Source of the DNA: Eledone cirrhosa
Lineage: Eukaryota
Length of the DNA stretch: 64,000 nucleotides
Assembly (NCBI GenBank): GCA_964016885.1
Contig: OZ024758.1
Coordinates: 37,448,001-37,512,000 of the forward strand
Direction of reading: 5' to 3'
Position numbers and translations under genes: made by a program. The notes beneath the pieces were generated by a model. That model was not told where the DNA came from. It saw only the letters and a program-made list of their open reading frames with translations, and did no database searches. Shown here one piece after another: positions 12,301 to 24,849 of the stretch; within the stretch, counting starts at the first letter, position 1, and every line of letters begins with the position of its first letter.

Positions 12301-14600
12301 AGTAACTCCAATGTTGGTGAGAATTCATTTAAGTCATGGTACTAGCTGTCAGAAGTAACTCCAATGTTGGTGAGAATTCATTTAAGTTCATGGTATTAGC
12401 TGTCAGAAGGAACTCCACTGTTGGTGAGAATTCATTTAAGTTCATGGTATTAGCTGTCAGAAGTAACTCCACTGTTGGTGAGAATTCATTTAAGTTCATG
12501 GTATTAGCTGTCAGAAGTAACTCCACTGTTGGTGAGAATTCATTTAAGTTCATGGTACTAGCTGTCAGAAGTAACTCCAATGTTGGTGAGAATTCATTTA
12601 AGTTCATGGTATTAGCTGTCAGAAGTAACTCCAATGTTGGTGAGAATTCATTTAAGTTCATGGTATTAGCTGTCAGAAGGAACTCCACTGTTGCTGAGAA
12701 TTCATTTAAGTTCATGGTATTAGCTGTCAGAAGTAACTCCACTGTTGGTGACAATTCATTTAAGTTCATGGTACTAGCTGTCAGAAGTAACTCCACTGTT
12801 GGTGAGAATTCATTTAAGTTCATGGTATTAGCTGTCAGAAGTCACTCCAATGTTGGTGAGAATTCATTTAAGTTCATGGTATTAGCTGTCAGAAGTCACT
12901 CCACTGTTGGTGAGAATTCATTTAAGTTCATGGTACTAGCTGTCAGAAGTAACCCTAATGTTGGTGAGAATTCATTTAAGTTCATGGTATTAGCTGTCAG
13001 ACGTCACTCCAATGTTGGTGAGAATTCATTTAAGTTCATGGTATTAGCTGTCAGAAGTAACTCCACTGTTGGTGAGAATTCATTTAAGTTCATGGTATTA
13101 GCTGTCAGAAGTAACTCCACTGTTGGTGAGAATTCATTTAAGTTCATGGTATTAGCTGTCAGAAGGAACTCCACTGTTGGTGAGAATTCATTTAAGTTCA
13201 TGGTACTAGCTGTCAGAAATAACTCCACTGTTGGTGAGAATTCATTTAAGTTCATGGTATTAGTTTGTCAGAAGTAACTCCACTGTTGGTGAGAATTCAT
13301 TTAAGTCATGGTATTAGTTGTCAGAAGTAACTCCAATGTTGGTGAGAATTCATTTAAGCCATGGTACTAGCTGTCAGAAGTAACTCCAATGTTGGTGAGA
13401 ATTCATTTAAGTTCATGGTATTAGCTGTCAGAACGAACTCCACTGTTGGTGAAAATTCATTTAAGTTCATGGTATTAGCTGTCAGAAGTAACTCCACTGT
13501 TGGTGAGAATTCATTTAAGTTCATGGTACTAGCTGTCAGAAGTAACTCCAATGTTGGTGAGAATTCATTTAAGTTCATGGTATTAGCTGTCAGAAGTAAC
13601 TCCACTGTTGGTGAGAGTTCATTTAAGTCATGGTATTAGCTGTCAGAAGTAACTCCAATGTTGGTGAGAATTCATTTAAGTTCATGGTATTAGCTGTCAG
13701 AATTAACTCCACTGTTGGTGAGAATTCATTTAAGTTCATGGTATTAGCTGTCAGAAGTAACTCCACTGTTGGTGAGAATTCATTTAAGTTCATGGTACTA
13801 GCTGTCAGAAGTAACTCCACTGTTGGTGAGAATTCATTTAAGTTCATGGTATTAGTTTGTCAGAAGTAACTCCACTGTTGGTGAGAATTCATTTAAGTCA
13901 TGGTATTAGTTGTCAGAAGTAACTCCAATGTTGGTGAGAATTCATTTAAGTTCATGGTATTAGCTGTCAGAAGGAACTCCACTGTTGGTGAGAATTCATT
14001 TAAGTTCATGGTATTAGCTGTCAGAAGGAACTCCAATGTTGGTGAGAATTCATTTAAGTCATGGTACTAGCTGTCAGAAGTAACTCCACTGTTGGTGAGA
14101 ATTCATTTAAGTTCATGGTATTAGCTGTCAGAAGGAACTCCACTGTTGGTGAGAATTCATTTAAGTTCATGGTACTAGCTGTCAGAAGTAAATCCACTGT
14201 TGGTGAGAATTCATTTAAGTTCATGGTATTAGTTTGTCAGAAGTAACTCCACTGTTGGTGAGAATTCATTTAAGTCATGGTATTAGTTGTCAGAAGTAAC
14301 TCCAATGTTGGTGAGAATTCATTTAAGCCATGGTACTAGCTGTCAGAAGTAACTCCAATGTTGGTGAGAATTCATTTAATTTCATGGTATTAGCTGTCAG
14401 AACGAACTCCACTGTTGGTGAGAATTCATTTAAGTTCATGGTATTAGCTCTCAGAAGTAACTCCACTGTTGGTGAGAGTTCATTTAAGTCATGGTATTAG
14501 CTGTCAGAAGTAACTCCAATGTTGGTGAGAATTCATTTAAGTTCATGGTATTAGCTGTCAGAAGTAACGCCACAGTTGGTGAGAATTCATTTAAGTTCAT
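6400..14600. repeat. Higher-order repeat copies with periods of about 3014 and 2583 bp
   Basis: Landmarks 7764->10778, 8033->11047 and 8464->11478 are +3014. Landmarks 9753->12336, 10778->13361, 11047->13630 and 11478->14061 are +2583. Shared variants include AACCCTAAT, AGAAATAAC, GTGAAAATTC and AGAATTAAC. Boundaries are approximate. Confidence 0.85.
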
Positions 14601-17600
14601 GGTATTAGCTGTCAGAAGTAACTCCACTGTTGGTGAGAGTTCATTTAAGTTCATGGTACTAGCTGTCAGAAGTAACTCCACTGTTGGTGAGAATTCATTT
14701 AAGTTCATGGTATTAGTTTGTCAGAAGTAACTCCACTGTTGGTGAGAATTCATTTAAGTCATGGTATTAGTTGTCAGATGTAACTCCAATGTTGGTGAGA
14801 ATTCATTTAAGTTCATGGTATTAGCTGTCAGAAGGAACTCCACTGTTGGTGAGAATTCATTTAAGTTCATGGTATTAGCTGTCAGAAGGAACTCCAATGT
14901 TGGTGAGAATTCATTTAAGTCATGGTACTAGCTGTCAGAAGTAACTCCACTGTTGGTGAGAATTCATTTAAGTTCATGGTATTAGCTGTCAGAAGGAACT
15001 CCACTGTTGGTGAGAATTCATTTAAGTTCATGGTACTAGCTGTCAGAAGTAACTCCACTGTTGGTGAGAATTCATTTAAGTTCATGGTATTAGTTTGTCA
15101 GAAGTAACTCCACTGTTGGTGAGAATTCATTTAAGTCATGGTATTAGTTGTCAGAAGTAACTCCAATGTTGGTGAGAATTCATTTAAGCCATGGTACTAG
15201 CTGTCAGAAGTAACTCCACTGTTGGTGAGAATTCATTTAAGTTCATGGTATTAGCTGACAGAAGGAACGCCACTGTTGGTGAGAATTCATTTAAGTTCAT
15301 GGTATTAGCTGTCAGAAGTAACTCCACTGTTGGTGAGAATTCATTTAAGTTCATGGTACTAGCTGTCAGAAGTAACTCCACTGTTGGTGAGAATTCATTT
15401 AAGTTCATGGTATTAGTTTGTCAGAAGTAACTCCACTGATGGTGAGAATTCATTTAAGTCATGGTATTAGTTGTCAGAAGTAACTCCAATGTTGGTGAGA
15501 ATTCATTTAAGTTCATGGTACTAGCTGTCAGAATTAACTCCACTGTTGGTGAGAATTCATTTAAGTCATGGTATTAGCTGTCAGAAGTAACTCCAATGTT
15601 GGTGAGAATTCATTTAAGTTCATGGTATTAGCTGTCAGAAGTAACTCCACTGTTGGTGAGAATTCATTTAAGTTCATGGTACTAGCTGTCAGAAGTAACT
15701 CCAATGTTGGTGAGAATTCATTTAAGTTCATGGTATTAGCTGTCAGAAGTAACTCCACTGTTGGTGAGAATTCATTTAAGTTCATGGTATTAGCTGTCAG
15801 AAGTAACTCCAATGTTGGTGAGAATTCATTTAAGTTCATGGTATTAGCTGTCAGAAGTAACTCCAATGTTGGTGAGAATTCATTTAAGTTCATGGTATTA
15901 GCTGTCAGAAGGAACTCCACTGTTGCTGAGAATTCATTTAAGTTCATGGTATTAGCTGTCAGAAGTAACTCCACTGTTGGTGACAATTCATTTAAGTTCA
16001 TGGTACTAGCTGTCAGAAGTAACTCCACTGTTGGTGAGAATTCATTTAAGTTCATGGTATTAGCTGTCAGAAGTCACTCCAATGTTGGTGAGAATTCATT
16101 TAAGTTCATGGTATTAGCTGTCAGAAGTCACTCCACTGTTGGTGAGAATTCATTTAAGTTCATGGTACTAGCTGTCAGAAGTAACCCTAATGTTGGTGAG
16201 AATTCATTTAAGTTCATGGTATTAGCTGTCAGAAGTCACTCCAATGTTGGTGAGAATTCATTTAAGTTCATGGTATTAGCTGTCAGAAGGAACTCCACTG
16301 TTGGTGAGAATTCATTTAAGTTCATGGTACTAGCTGTCAGAAATAACTCCACTGTTGGTGAGAATTCATTTAAGTTCATGGTATTAGTTTGTCAGAAGTA
16401 ACTCCACTGTTGGTGAGAATTCATTTAAGTCATGGTATTAGTTGTCAGAAGTAACTCCAATGTTGGTGAGAATTCATTTAAGCCATGGTACTAGCTGTCA
16501 GAAGTAACTCCAATGTTGGTGAGAATTCATTTAAGTTCATGGTATTAGCTGTCAGAACGAACTCCACTGTTGGTGAAAATTCATTTAAGTTCATGGTATT
16601 AGCTGTCAGAAGTAACTCCACTGTTGGTGAGAATTCATTTAAGTTCATGGTACTAGCTGTCAGAAGTAACTCCAATGTTGGTGAGAATTCATTTAAGTTC
16701 ATGGTATTAGCTGTCAGAAGTAACTCCACTGTTGGTGAGAGTTCATTTAAGTCATGGTATTAGCTGTCAGAAGTAACTCCAATGTTGGTGAGAATTCATT
16801 TAAGTTCATGGTATTAGCTGTCAGAATTAACTCCACTGTTGGTGAGAATTCATTTAAGTTCATGGTATTAGCTGTCAGAAGTAACTCCACTGTTGGTGAG
16901 AATTCATTTAAGTTCATGGTACTAGCTGTCAGAAGTAACTCCACTGTTGGTGAGAATTCATTTAAGTTCATGGTATTAGTTTGTCAGAAGTAACTCCACT
17001 GTTGGTGAGAATTCATTTAAGTCATGGTATTAGTTGTCAGAAGTAACTCCAATGTTGGTGAGAATTCATTTAAGTTCATGGTATTAGCTGTCAGAAGGAA
17101 CTCCACTGTTGGTGAGAATTCATTTAAGTTCATGGTATTAGCTGTCAGAAGGAACTCCAATGTTGGTGAGAATTCATTTAAGTCATGGTACTAGCTGTCA
17201 GAAGTAACTCCACTGTTGGTGAGAATTCATTTAAGTTCATGGTATTAGCTGTCAGAAGGAACTCCACTGTTGGTGAGAATTCATTTAAGTTCATGGTACT
17301 AGCTGTCAGAAGTAAATCCACTGTTGGTGAGAATTCATTTAAGTTCATGGTATTAGTTTGTCAGAAGTAACTCCACTGTTGGTGAGAATTCATTTAAGTC
17401 ATGGTATTAGTTGTCAGAAGTAACTCCAATGTTGGTGAGAATTCATTTAAGCCATGGTACTAGCTGTCAGAAGTAACTCCAATGTTGGTGAGAATTCATT
17501 TAATTTCATGGTATTAGCTGTCAGAACGAACTCCACTGTTGGTGAGAATTCATTTAAGTTCATGGTATTAGCTCTCAGAAGTAACTCCACTGTTGGTGAG

Positions 17601-20600
17601 AGTTCATTTAAGTCATGGTATTAGCTGTCAGAAGTAACTCCAATGTTGGTGAGAATTCATTTAAGTTCATGGTATTAGCTGTCAGAAGTAACGCCACAGT
17701 TGGTGAGAATTCATTTAAGTTCATGGTATTAGCTGTCAGAAGTAACTCCACTGTTGGTGAGAGTTCATTTAAGTTCATGGTACTAGCTGTCAGAAGTAAC
17801 TCCACTGTTGGTGAGAATTCATTTAAGTTCATGGTATTAGTTTGTCAGAAGTAACTCCACTGTTGGTGAGAATTCATTTAAGTCATGGTATTAGTTGTCA
17901 GATGTAACTCCAATGTTGGTGAGAATTCATTTAAGTTCATGGTATTAGCTGTCAGAAGGAACTCCACTGTTGGTGAGAATTCATTTAAGTTCATGGTATT
18001 AGCTGTCAGAAGGAACTCCAATGTTGGTGAGAATTCATTTAAGTCATGGTACTAGCTGTCAGAAGTAACTCCACTGTTGGTGAGAATTCATTTAAGTTCA
18101 TGGTATTAGCTGTCAGAAGGAACTCCACTGTTGGTGAGAATTCATTTAAGTTCATGGTACTAGCTGTCAGAAGTAACTCCACTGTTGGTGAGAATTCATT
18201 TAAGTTCATGGTATTAGTTTGTCAGAAGTAACTCCACTGTTGGTGAGAATTCATTTAAGTCATGGTATTAGTTGTCAGAAGTAACTCCAATGTTGGTGAG
18301 AATTCATTTAAGCCATGGTACTAGCTGTCAGAAGTAACTCCACTGTTGGTGAGAATTCATTTAAGTTCATGGTATTAGCTGACAGAAGGAACGCCACTGT
18401 TGGTGAGAATTCATTTAAGTTCATGGTATTAGCTGTCAGAAGTAACTCCACTGTTGGTGAGAATTCATTTAAGTTCATGGTACTAGCTGTCAGAAGTAAC
18501 TCCACTGTTGGTGAGAATTCATTTAAGTTCATGGTATTAGTTTGTCAGAAGTAACTCCACTGATGGTGAGAATTCATTTAAGTCATGGTATTAGTTGTCA
18601 GAAGTAACTCCAATGTTGGTGAGAATTCATTTAAGTTCATGGTACTAGCTGTCAGAATTAACTCCACTGTTGGTGAGAATTCATTTAAGTCATGGTATTA
18701 GCTGTCAGAAGTAACTCCAATGTTGGTGAGAATTCATTTAAGTTCATGGTATTAGCTGTCAGAAGTAACTCCACTGTTGGTGAGAATTCATTTAAGTTCA
18801 TGGTACTAGCTGTCAGAAGTAACTCCAATGTTGGTGAGAATTCATTTAAGTTCATGGTATTAGCTGTCAGAAGTAACTCCACTGTTGGTGAGAATTCATT
18901 TAAGTTCATGGTATTAGCTGTCAGAAGTAACTCCAATGTTGGTGAGAATTCATTTAAGTTCATGGTATTAGCTGTCAGAAGTAACTCCAATGTTGGTGAG
19001 AATTCATTTAAGTTCATGGTATTAGCTGTCAGAAGGAACTCCACTGTTGCTGAGAATTCATTTAAGTTCATGGTATTAGCTGTCAGAAGTAACTCCACTG
19101 TTGGTGACAATTCATTTAAGTTCATGGTACTAGCTGTCAGAAGTAACTCCACTGTTGGTGAGAATTCATTTAAGTTCATGGTATTAGCTGTCAGAAGTCA
19201 CTCCAATGTTGGTGAGAATTCATTTAAGTTCATGGTATTAGCTGTCAGAAGTCACTCCACTGTTGGTGAGAATTCATTTAAGTTCATGGTACTAGCTGTC
19301 AGAAGTAACCCTAATGTTGGTGAGAATTCATTTAAGTTCATGGTATTAGCTGTCAGAAGTCACTCCAATGTTGGTGAGAATTCATTTAAGTTCATGGTAT
19401 TAGCTGTCAGAAGTAACTCCACTGTTGGTGAGAATTCATTTAAGTTCATGGTATTAGCTGTCAGAAGTAACTCCACTGTTGGTGAGAATTCATTTAAGTT
19501 CATGGTATTAGCTGTCAGAAGGAACTTCACTGTTGGTGAGAATTCATTTAAGTTCATGGTACTAGCTGTCAGAAATAACTCCACTGTTGGTGAGAATTCA
19601 TTTAAGTTCATGGTATTAGTTTGTCAGAACTAACTCCACTGTTGGTGAGAATTCATTTAAGTCATGGTATTAGTTGTCAGAAGTAACTCCAATGTTGGTG
19701 AGAATTCATTTAAGCCATGCTACTAGCTGTCAGAAGTAACTCCAATGTTGGTGAGAATTCATTTAAGTTCATGGTATTAGCTGTCAGAACGAACTCCACT
19801 GTTGGTGAAAATTCATTTAAGTTCATGGTATTAGCTGTCAGAAGTAACTCCACTGTTGGTGAGAATTCATTTAAGTTCATGGTACTAGCTGTCAGAAGTA
19901 ACTCCAATGTTGGTGAGAATTCATTTAAGTTCATGGTATTAGCTGTCAGAAGTAACTCCACTGTTGGTGAGAGTTCATTTAAGTCATGGTATTAGCTGTC
20001 AGAAGTAACTCCAATGTTGGTGAGAATTCATTTAAGTTCATGGTATTAGCTCTCAGAAGTAACTCCACTGTTGGTGAGAATTCATTTAAGTTCATGGTAT
20101 TAGCTGTCAGAAGTAACTCCACTGTTGGTGAGAATTCATTTAAGTTCATGGTACTAGCTGTCATAAGTAACTCCACTGTTGGTGAGAATTCATTTAAGTT
20201 CATGGTATTAGTTTGTCAGAAGTAACTCCACTGTTGGTGAGAATTCATTTAAGTCATGGTATTAGTTGTCAGAAGTAACTCCAATGTTGGTGAGAATTCA
20301 TTTAAGTTCATGGTATTGGCTGTCAGAAGGAACTCCACTGTTGGTGAGAATTCATTTAAGTTCATGGTATTAGCTGTCAGAAGGAACTCCAATGTTGGTG
20401 AGAATTCATTTAAGTCATGGTACTAGCTGTCAGAAGTAACTCCACTGTTGGTGAGAATTCATTTAAGTTCATGGTATTAGCTGTCAGAAGGAACTCCACT
20501 GTTGGTGAGAATTCATTTAAGTTCATGGTACTAGCTGTCAGAAGTAACTCCACTGTTGGTGAGAATTCATTTAAGTTCATGGTATTAGTTTGTCAGAAGT

Positions 20601-21800
20601 AACTCCACTGTTGGTGAGAATTCATTTAAGTCATGGTATTAGTTGTCAGAAGTAACTCCAATGTTGGTGAGAATTCATTTAAGCCATGGTACTAGCTGTC
20701 AGAAGTAACTCCAATGTTGGTGAGAATTCATTTAATTTCATGGTATTAGCTGTCAGAACGAACTCCACTGTTGGTGAGAATTCATTTAAGTTCATGGTAT
20801 TAGCTGTCAGAAGTAACTCCACTGTTGGTGAGAGTTCATTTAAGTCATGGTATTAGCTGTCAGAAGTAACTCCAATGTTGGTGAGAATTCATTTAAGTTC
20901 ATGGTATTAGCTGTCAGAAGTAACGCCACAGTTGGTGAGAATTCATTTAAGTTCATGGTATTAGCTGTCAGAAGTAACTCCACTGTTGGTGAGAGTTCAT
21001 TTAAGTTCATGGTACTAGCTGTCAGAAGTAACTCCACTGTTGGTGAGAATTCATTTAAGTTCATGGTATTAGTTTGTCAGAAGTAACTCCACTGTTGGTG
21101 AGAATTCATTTAAGTCATGGTATTAGTTGTCAGATGTAACTCCAATGTTGGTGAGAATTCATTTAAGTTCATGGTATTAGCTGTCAGAAGGAACTCCACT
21201 GTTGGTGAGAATTCATTTAAGTTCATGGTATTAGCTGTCAGAAGGAACTCCAATGTTGGTGAGAATTCATTTAAGTCATGGTACTAGCTGTCAGAAGTAA
21301 CTCCACTGTTGGTGAGAATTCATTTAAGTTCATGGTATTAGCTGTCAGAAGGAACTCCACTGTTGGTGAGAATTCATTTAAGTTCATGGTACTAGCTGTC
21401 AGAAGTAACTCCACTGTTGGTGAGAATTCATTTAAGTTCATGGTATTAGTTTGTCAGAAGTAACTCCACTGTTGGTGAGAATTCATTTAAGTCATGGTAT
21501 TAGTTGTCAGAAGTAACTCCAATGTTGGTGAGAATTCATTTAAGCCATGGTACTAGCTGTCAGAAGTAACTCCACTGTTGGTGAGAATTCATTTAAGTTC
21601 ATGGTATTAGCTGACAGAAGGAACGCCACTGTTGGTGAGAATTCATTTAAGTTCATGGTATTAGCTGTCAGAAGTAACTCCACTGTTGGTGAGAATTCAT
21701 TTAAGTTCATGGTACTAGCTGTCAGAAGTAACTCCACTGTTGGTGAGAATTCATTTAAGTTCATGGTATTAGTTTGTCAGAAGTAACTCCACTGATGGTG
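13300..21800. repeat. Higher-order repeat, about 2.7 tandem copies, period 3124 then 3232 bp (58 then 60 monomers)
   Basis: Seven consecutive ORF landmarks are offset by 3124 (13361->16485, 13630->16754, 14061->17185, 14491->17615, 14922->18046, 15191->18315, 15568->18692). The next set is offset by 3232 (16485->19717, 17185->20417, 17615->20847, 18315->21547). Boundaries are approximate. Confidence 0.9.
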
Positions 21801-24800
21801 AGAATTCATTTAAGTCATGGTATTAGTTGTCAGAAGTAACTCCAATGTTGGTGAGAATTCATTTAAGTTCATGGTACTAGCTGTCAGAAGTAACTCCACT
21901 GTTGGTGAGAATTCATTTAAGTTCATGGTATTAGCTGTCAGAAGTAACTCCAATGTTGGTGAGAATTCATTTAAGTTCATGGTATTAGCTATCAGAAGTA
22001 ACTCCGCTGTTGGTGAGAATTCATTTAAGTTCAAGGTATTAGCTGTCAGAAGTAACTCCACTGTTGGTGAGAATTCATTCAGGTTCATGATATTAGCTGT
22101 CAGAAGTAACTCCACTGTTGGTGAGAATTCATTTAAGTTCATGGTATTAGCTGTCAGAAGGAACTCCAATGTTGGTGAGAATTCATTTAAGTCATGGTAC
22201 TAGCTGTCAGAAGTAACTCCACTGTTGGTGAGAATTCATTTAAGTTCATGGTATTAGCTGTCAGAAGGAACGCCACTGTTGGTGAGAATTCATTTAAGTT
22301 CATGGTATTAGCTGTCAGAAGGAACTCCACTGTTGCTGAGAATTCATTTAAGTTCATGGTATTAGCTGTCAGAAGGAACTCCACTGTTGGTGAGAATTCA
22401 TTTAAGTTCATGGTATTAGTTTGTCAGAAGTAACTCCACTGTTGGTAAGAATTCATTTAAGTTCATGGTACTAGCTGTCAGAAGTAACTCCACTGTTGGT
22501 GAGAATTCATTTAAGTTCATGGTATTAGCTGTCAGAAGTCACTCCAATGTTGGTGAGAATTCATTTAGGTTCATGGTATTAGCTGTCAGAAGTCACTCCA
22601 CTGTTGGTGAGAATTCATTTAAGTTCATGGTACTAGCTGTCCGAAGTAACCCCAATGTTCGTGAGAATTCATTTAAGTTCATGGTATTAGCTGTCAGAAG
22701 TCACTCCAATGTTGGTGAGAATTCATTTAAGTTCATGGTATTAGCTGTCAGAAGTAACTCCACTGTTGGTGAGAATTCATTTAAGTTCATGGTATTAGCT
22801 GTCAGAAGTAACTCCAATGTTGGTGAGAATTTATTTAAGTTCATGGTATTAGCTGTCAGAAGTCACTCCACTGTTGGTGAGAATTCATTTAAGTTCATGG
22901 TACTAGCTGTCAGAAGTCACTCCAATGTTGGTGAGAATTCATTTAAGTTCATGGTATTAGCTGTCAGAAGTAACTCCACTGTTGGTGAGAATTCATTTAA
23001 GTTCATGGTATTAGCTGTCAGAAGTAACTCCACTGTTGGTGAGAATTCATTTAAGTTCATGGTATTAGCTGTCAGAAGTAACTCCACTGTTGGTGAGAAT
23101 TCATTTAAGTTCATGGTATTAGCTGTTAGATGGAACTCCAATGTTGGTGAGAATTCATTTAAGTCATGGTACTAGCTGTCAGAAGTAACTCCACTGTTGG
23201 TGAGAATTCATTTAAGTTCATGGTATTAGCTGTCAGAAATCACTCCACTGTTGGTGAGAATTCATTTAAGTTCATGGTACTAGCTGTCAGAAGTAACTCC
23301 AACGTTGGTGAGAATTCATTTAAGTTCATGGTATTAGCTGTCAGAAGTCACTCCAATGTTGGTGAGAATTCATTTAAGTTCATGGTATTAGCTGTCAGAA
23401 GTAACTCCACTGTTGGTGAGAATTCATTTAAGTTCATGGTATTAGCTGTCAGAAGTAACTCCACTGTTGGTGAGAATTCATTTAAGTTCATGGTATTAGC
23501 TGTCAGAAGGAACTCCAATGTTGGTGAGAATTCATTTAAGTTCATGGTACTAGCTGTCAGAAGTAACTCCACTGTTGGTGAGAATTCATTTAAGTTCATG
23601 GTACTAGCTGTCAGAAGTAACTCCACTGTTGGTGAGAATTCATTTAAGTTCATGGTATTAGCTGTCAGAAGTAACTCCACTGTTGCTGAGAATTCATTTA
23701 AGTTCATGGTATTAGCTGTCAGAAGTAACTCCACTGTTGGTGACAATTCATTTAAGTTCATGGTACTAGCTGTCAGAAGTAACTCCACTGTTGGTGAGAA
23801 TTCATTTAAGTTCATGGTATTAGCTGTCAGAAGTCACTCCAATGTTGGTGAGAATTCATTTAAGTTCATGGTATTAGCTGTCAGAAGTCACTCCACTGTT
23901 GGTGAGAATTCATTTAAGTTCATGGTACTAGCTGTCAGAAGTAACCCTAATGTTGGTGAGAATTCATTTAAGTTCATGGTATTAGCTGTCAGAAGTCACT
24001 CCAATGTTGGTGAGAATTCATTTAAGTTCATGGTATTAGCTGTCAGAAGTAACTCCACTGTTGGTGAGAATTCATTTAAGTTCATGGTATTAGCTGTCAG
24101 AAGTAACTCCACTGTTGGTGAGAATTCATTTAAGTTCATGGTATTAGCTGTCAGAAGGAACTCCACTGTTGGTGAGAATTCATTTAAGTTCATGGTACTA
24201 GCTGTCAGAAATAACTCCACTGTTGGTGAGAATTCATTTAAGTTCATGGTATTAGTTTGTCAGAACTAACTCCACTGTTGGTGAGAATTCATTTAAGTCA
24301 TGGTATTAGTTGTCAGAAGTAACTCCAATGTTGGTGAGAATTCATTTAAGCCATGCTACTAGCTGTCAGAAGTAACTCCAATGTTGGTGAGAATTCATTT
24401 AAGTTCATGGTATTAGCTGTCAGAACGAACTCCACTGTTGGTGAAAATTCATTTAAGTTCATGGTATTAGCTGTCAGAAGTAACTCCACTGTTGGTGAGA
24501 ATTCATTTAAGTTCATGGTACTAGCTGTCAGAAGTAACTCCAATGTTGGTGAGAATTCATTTAAGTTCATGGTATTAGCTGTCAGAAGTAACTCCACTGT
24601 TGGTGAGAGTTCATTTAAGTCATGGTATTAGCTGTCAGAAGTAACTCCAATGTTGGTGAGAATTCATTTAAGTTCATGGTATTAGCTCTCAGAAGTAACT
24701 CCACTGTTGGTGAGAATTCATTTAAGTTCATGGTATTAGCTGTCAGAAGTAACTCCACTGTTGGTGAGAATTCATTTAAGTTCATGGTACTAGCTGTCAG

Positions 24801-24849
24801 AAGTAACTCCACTGTTGGTGAGAATTCATTTAAGTTCATGGTATTAGTT

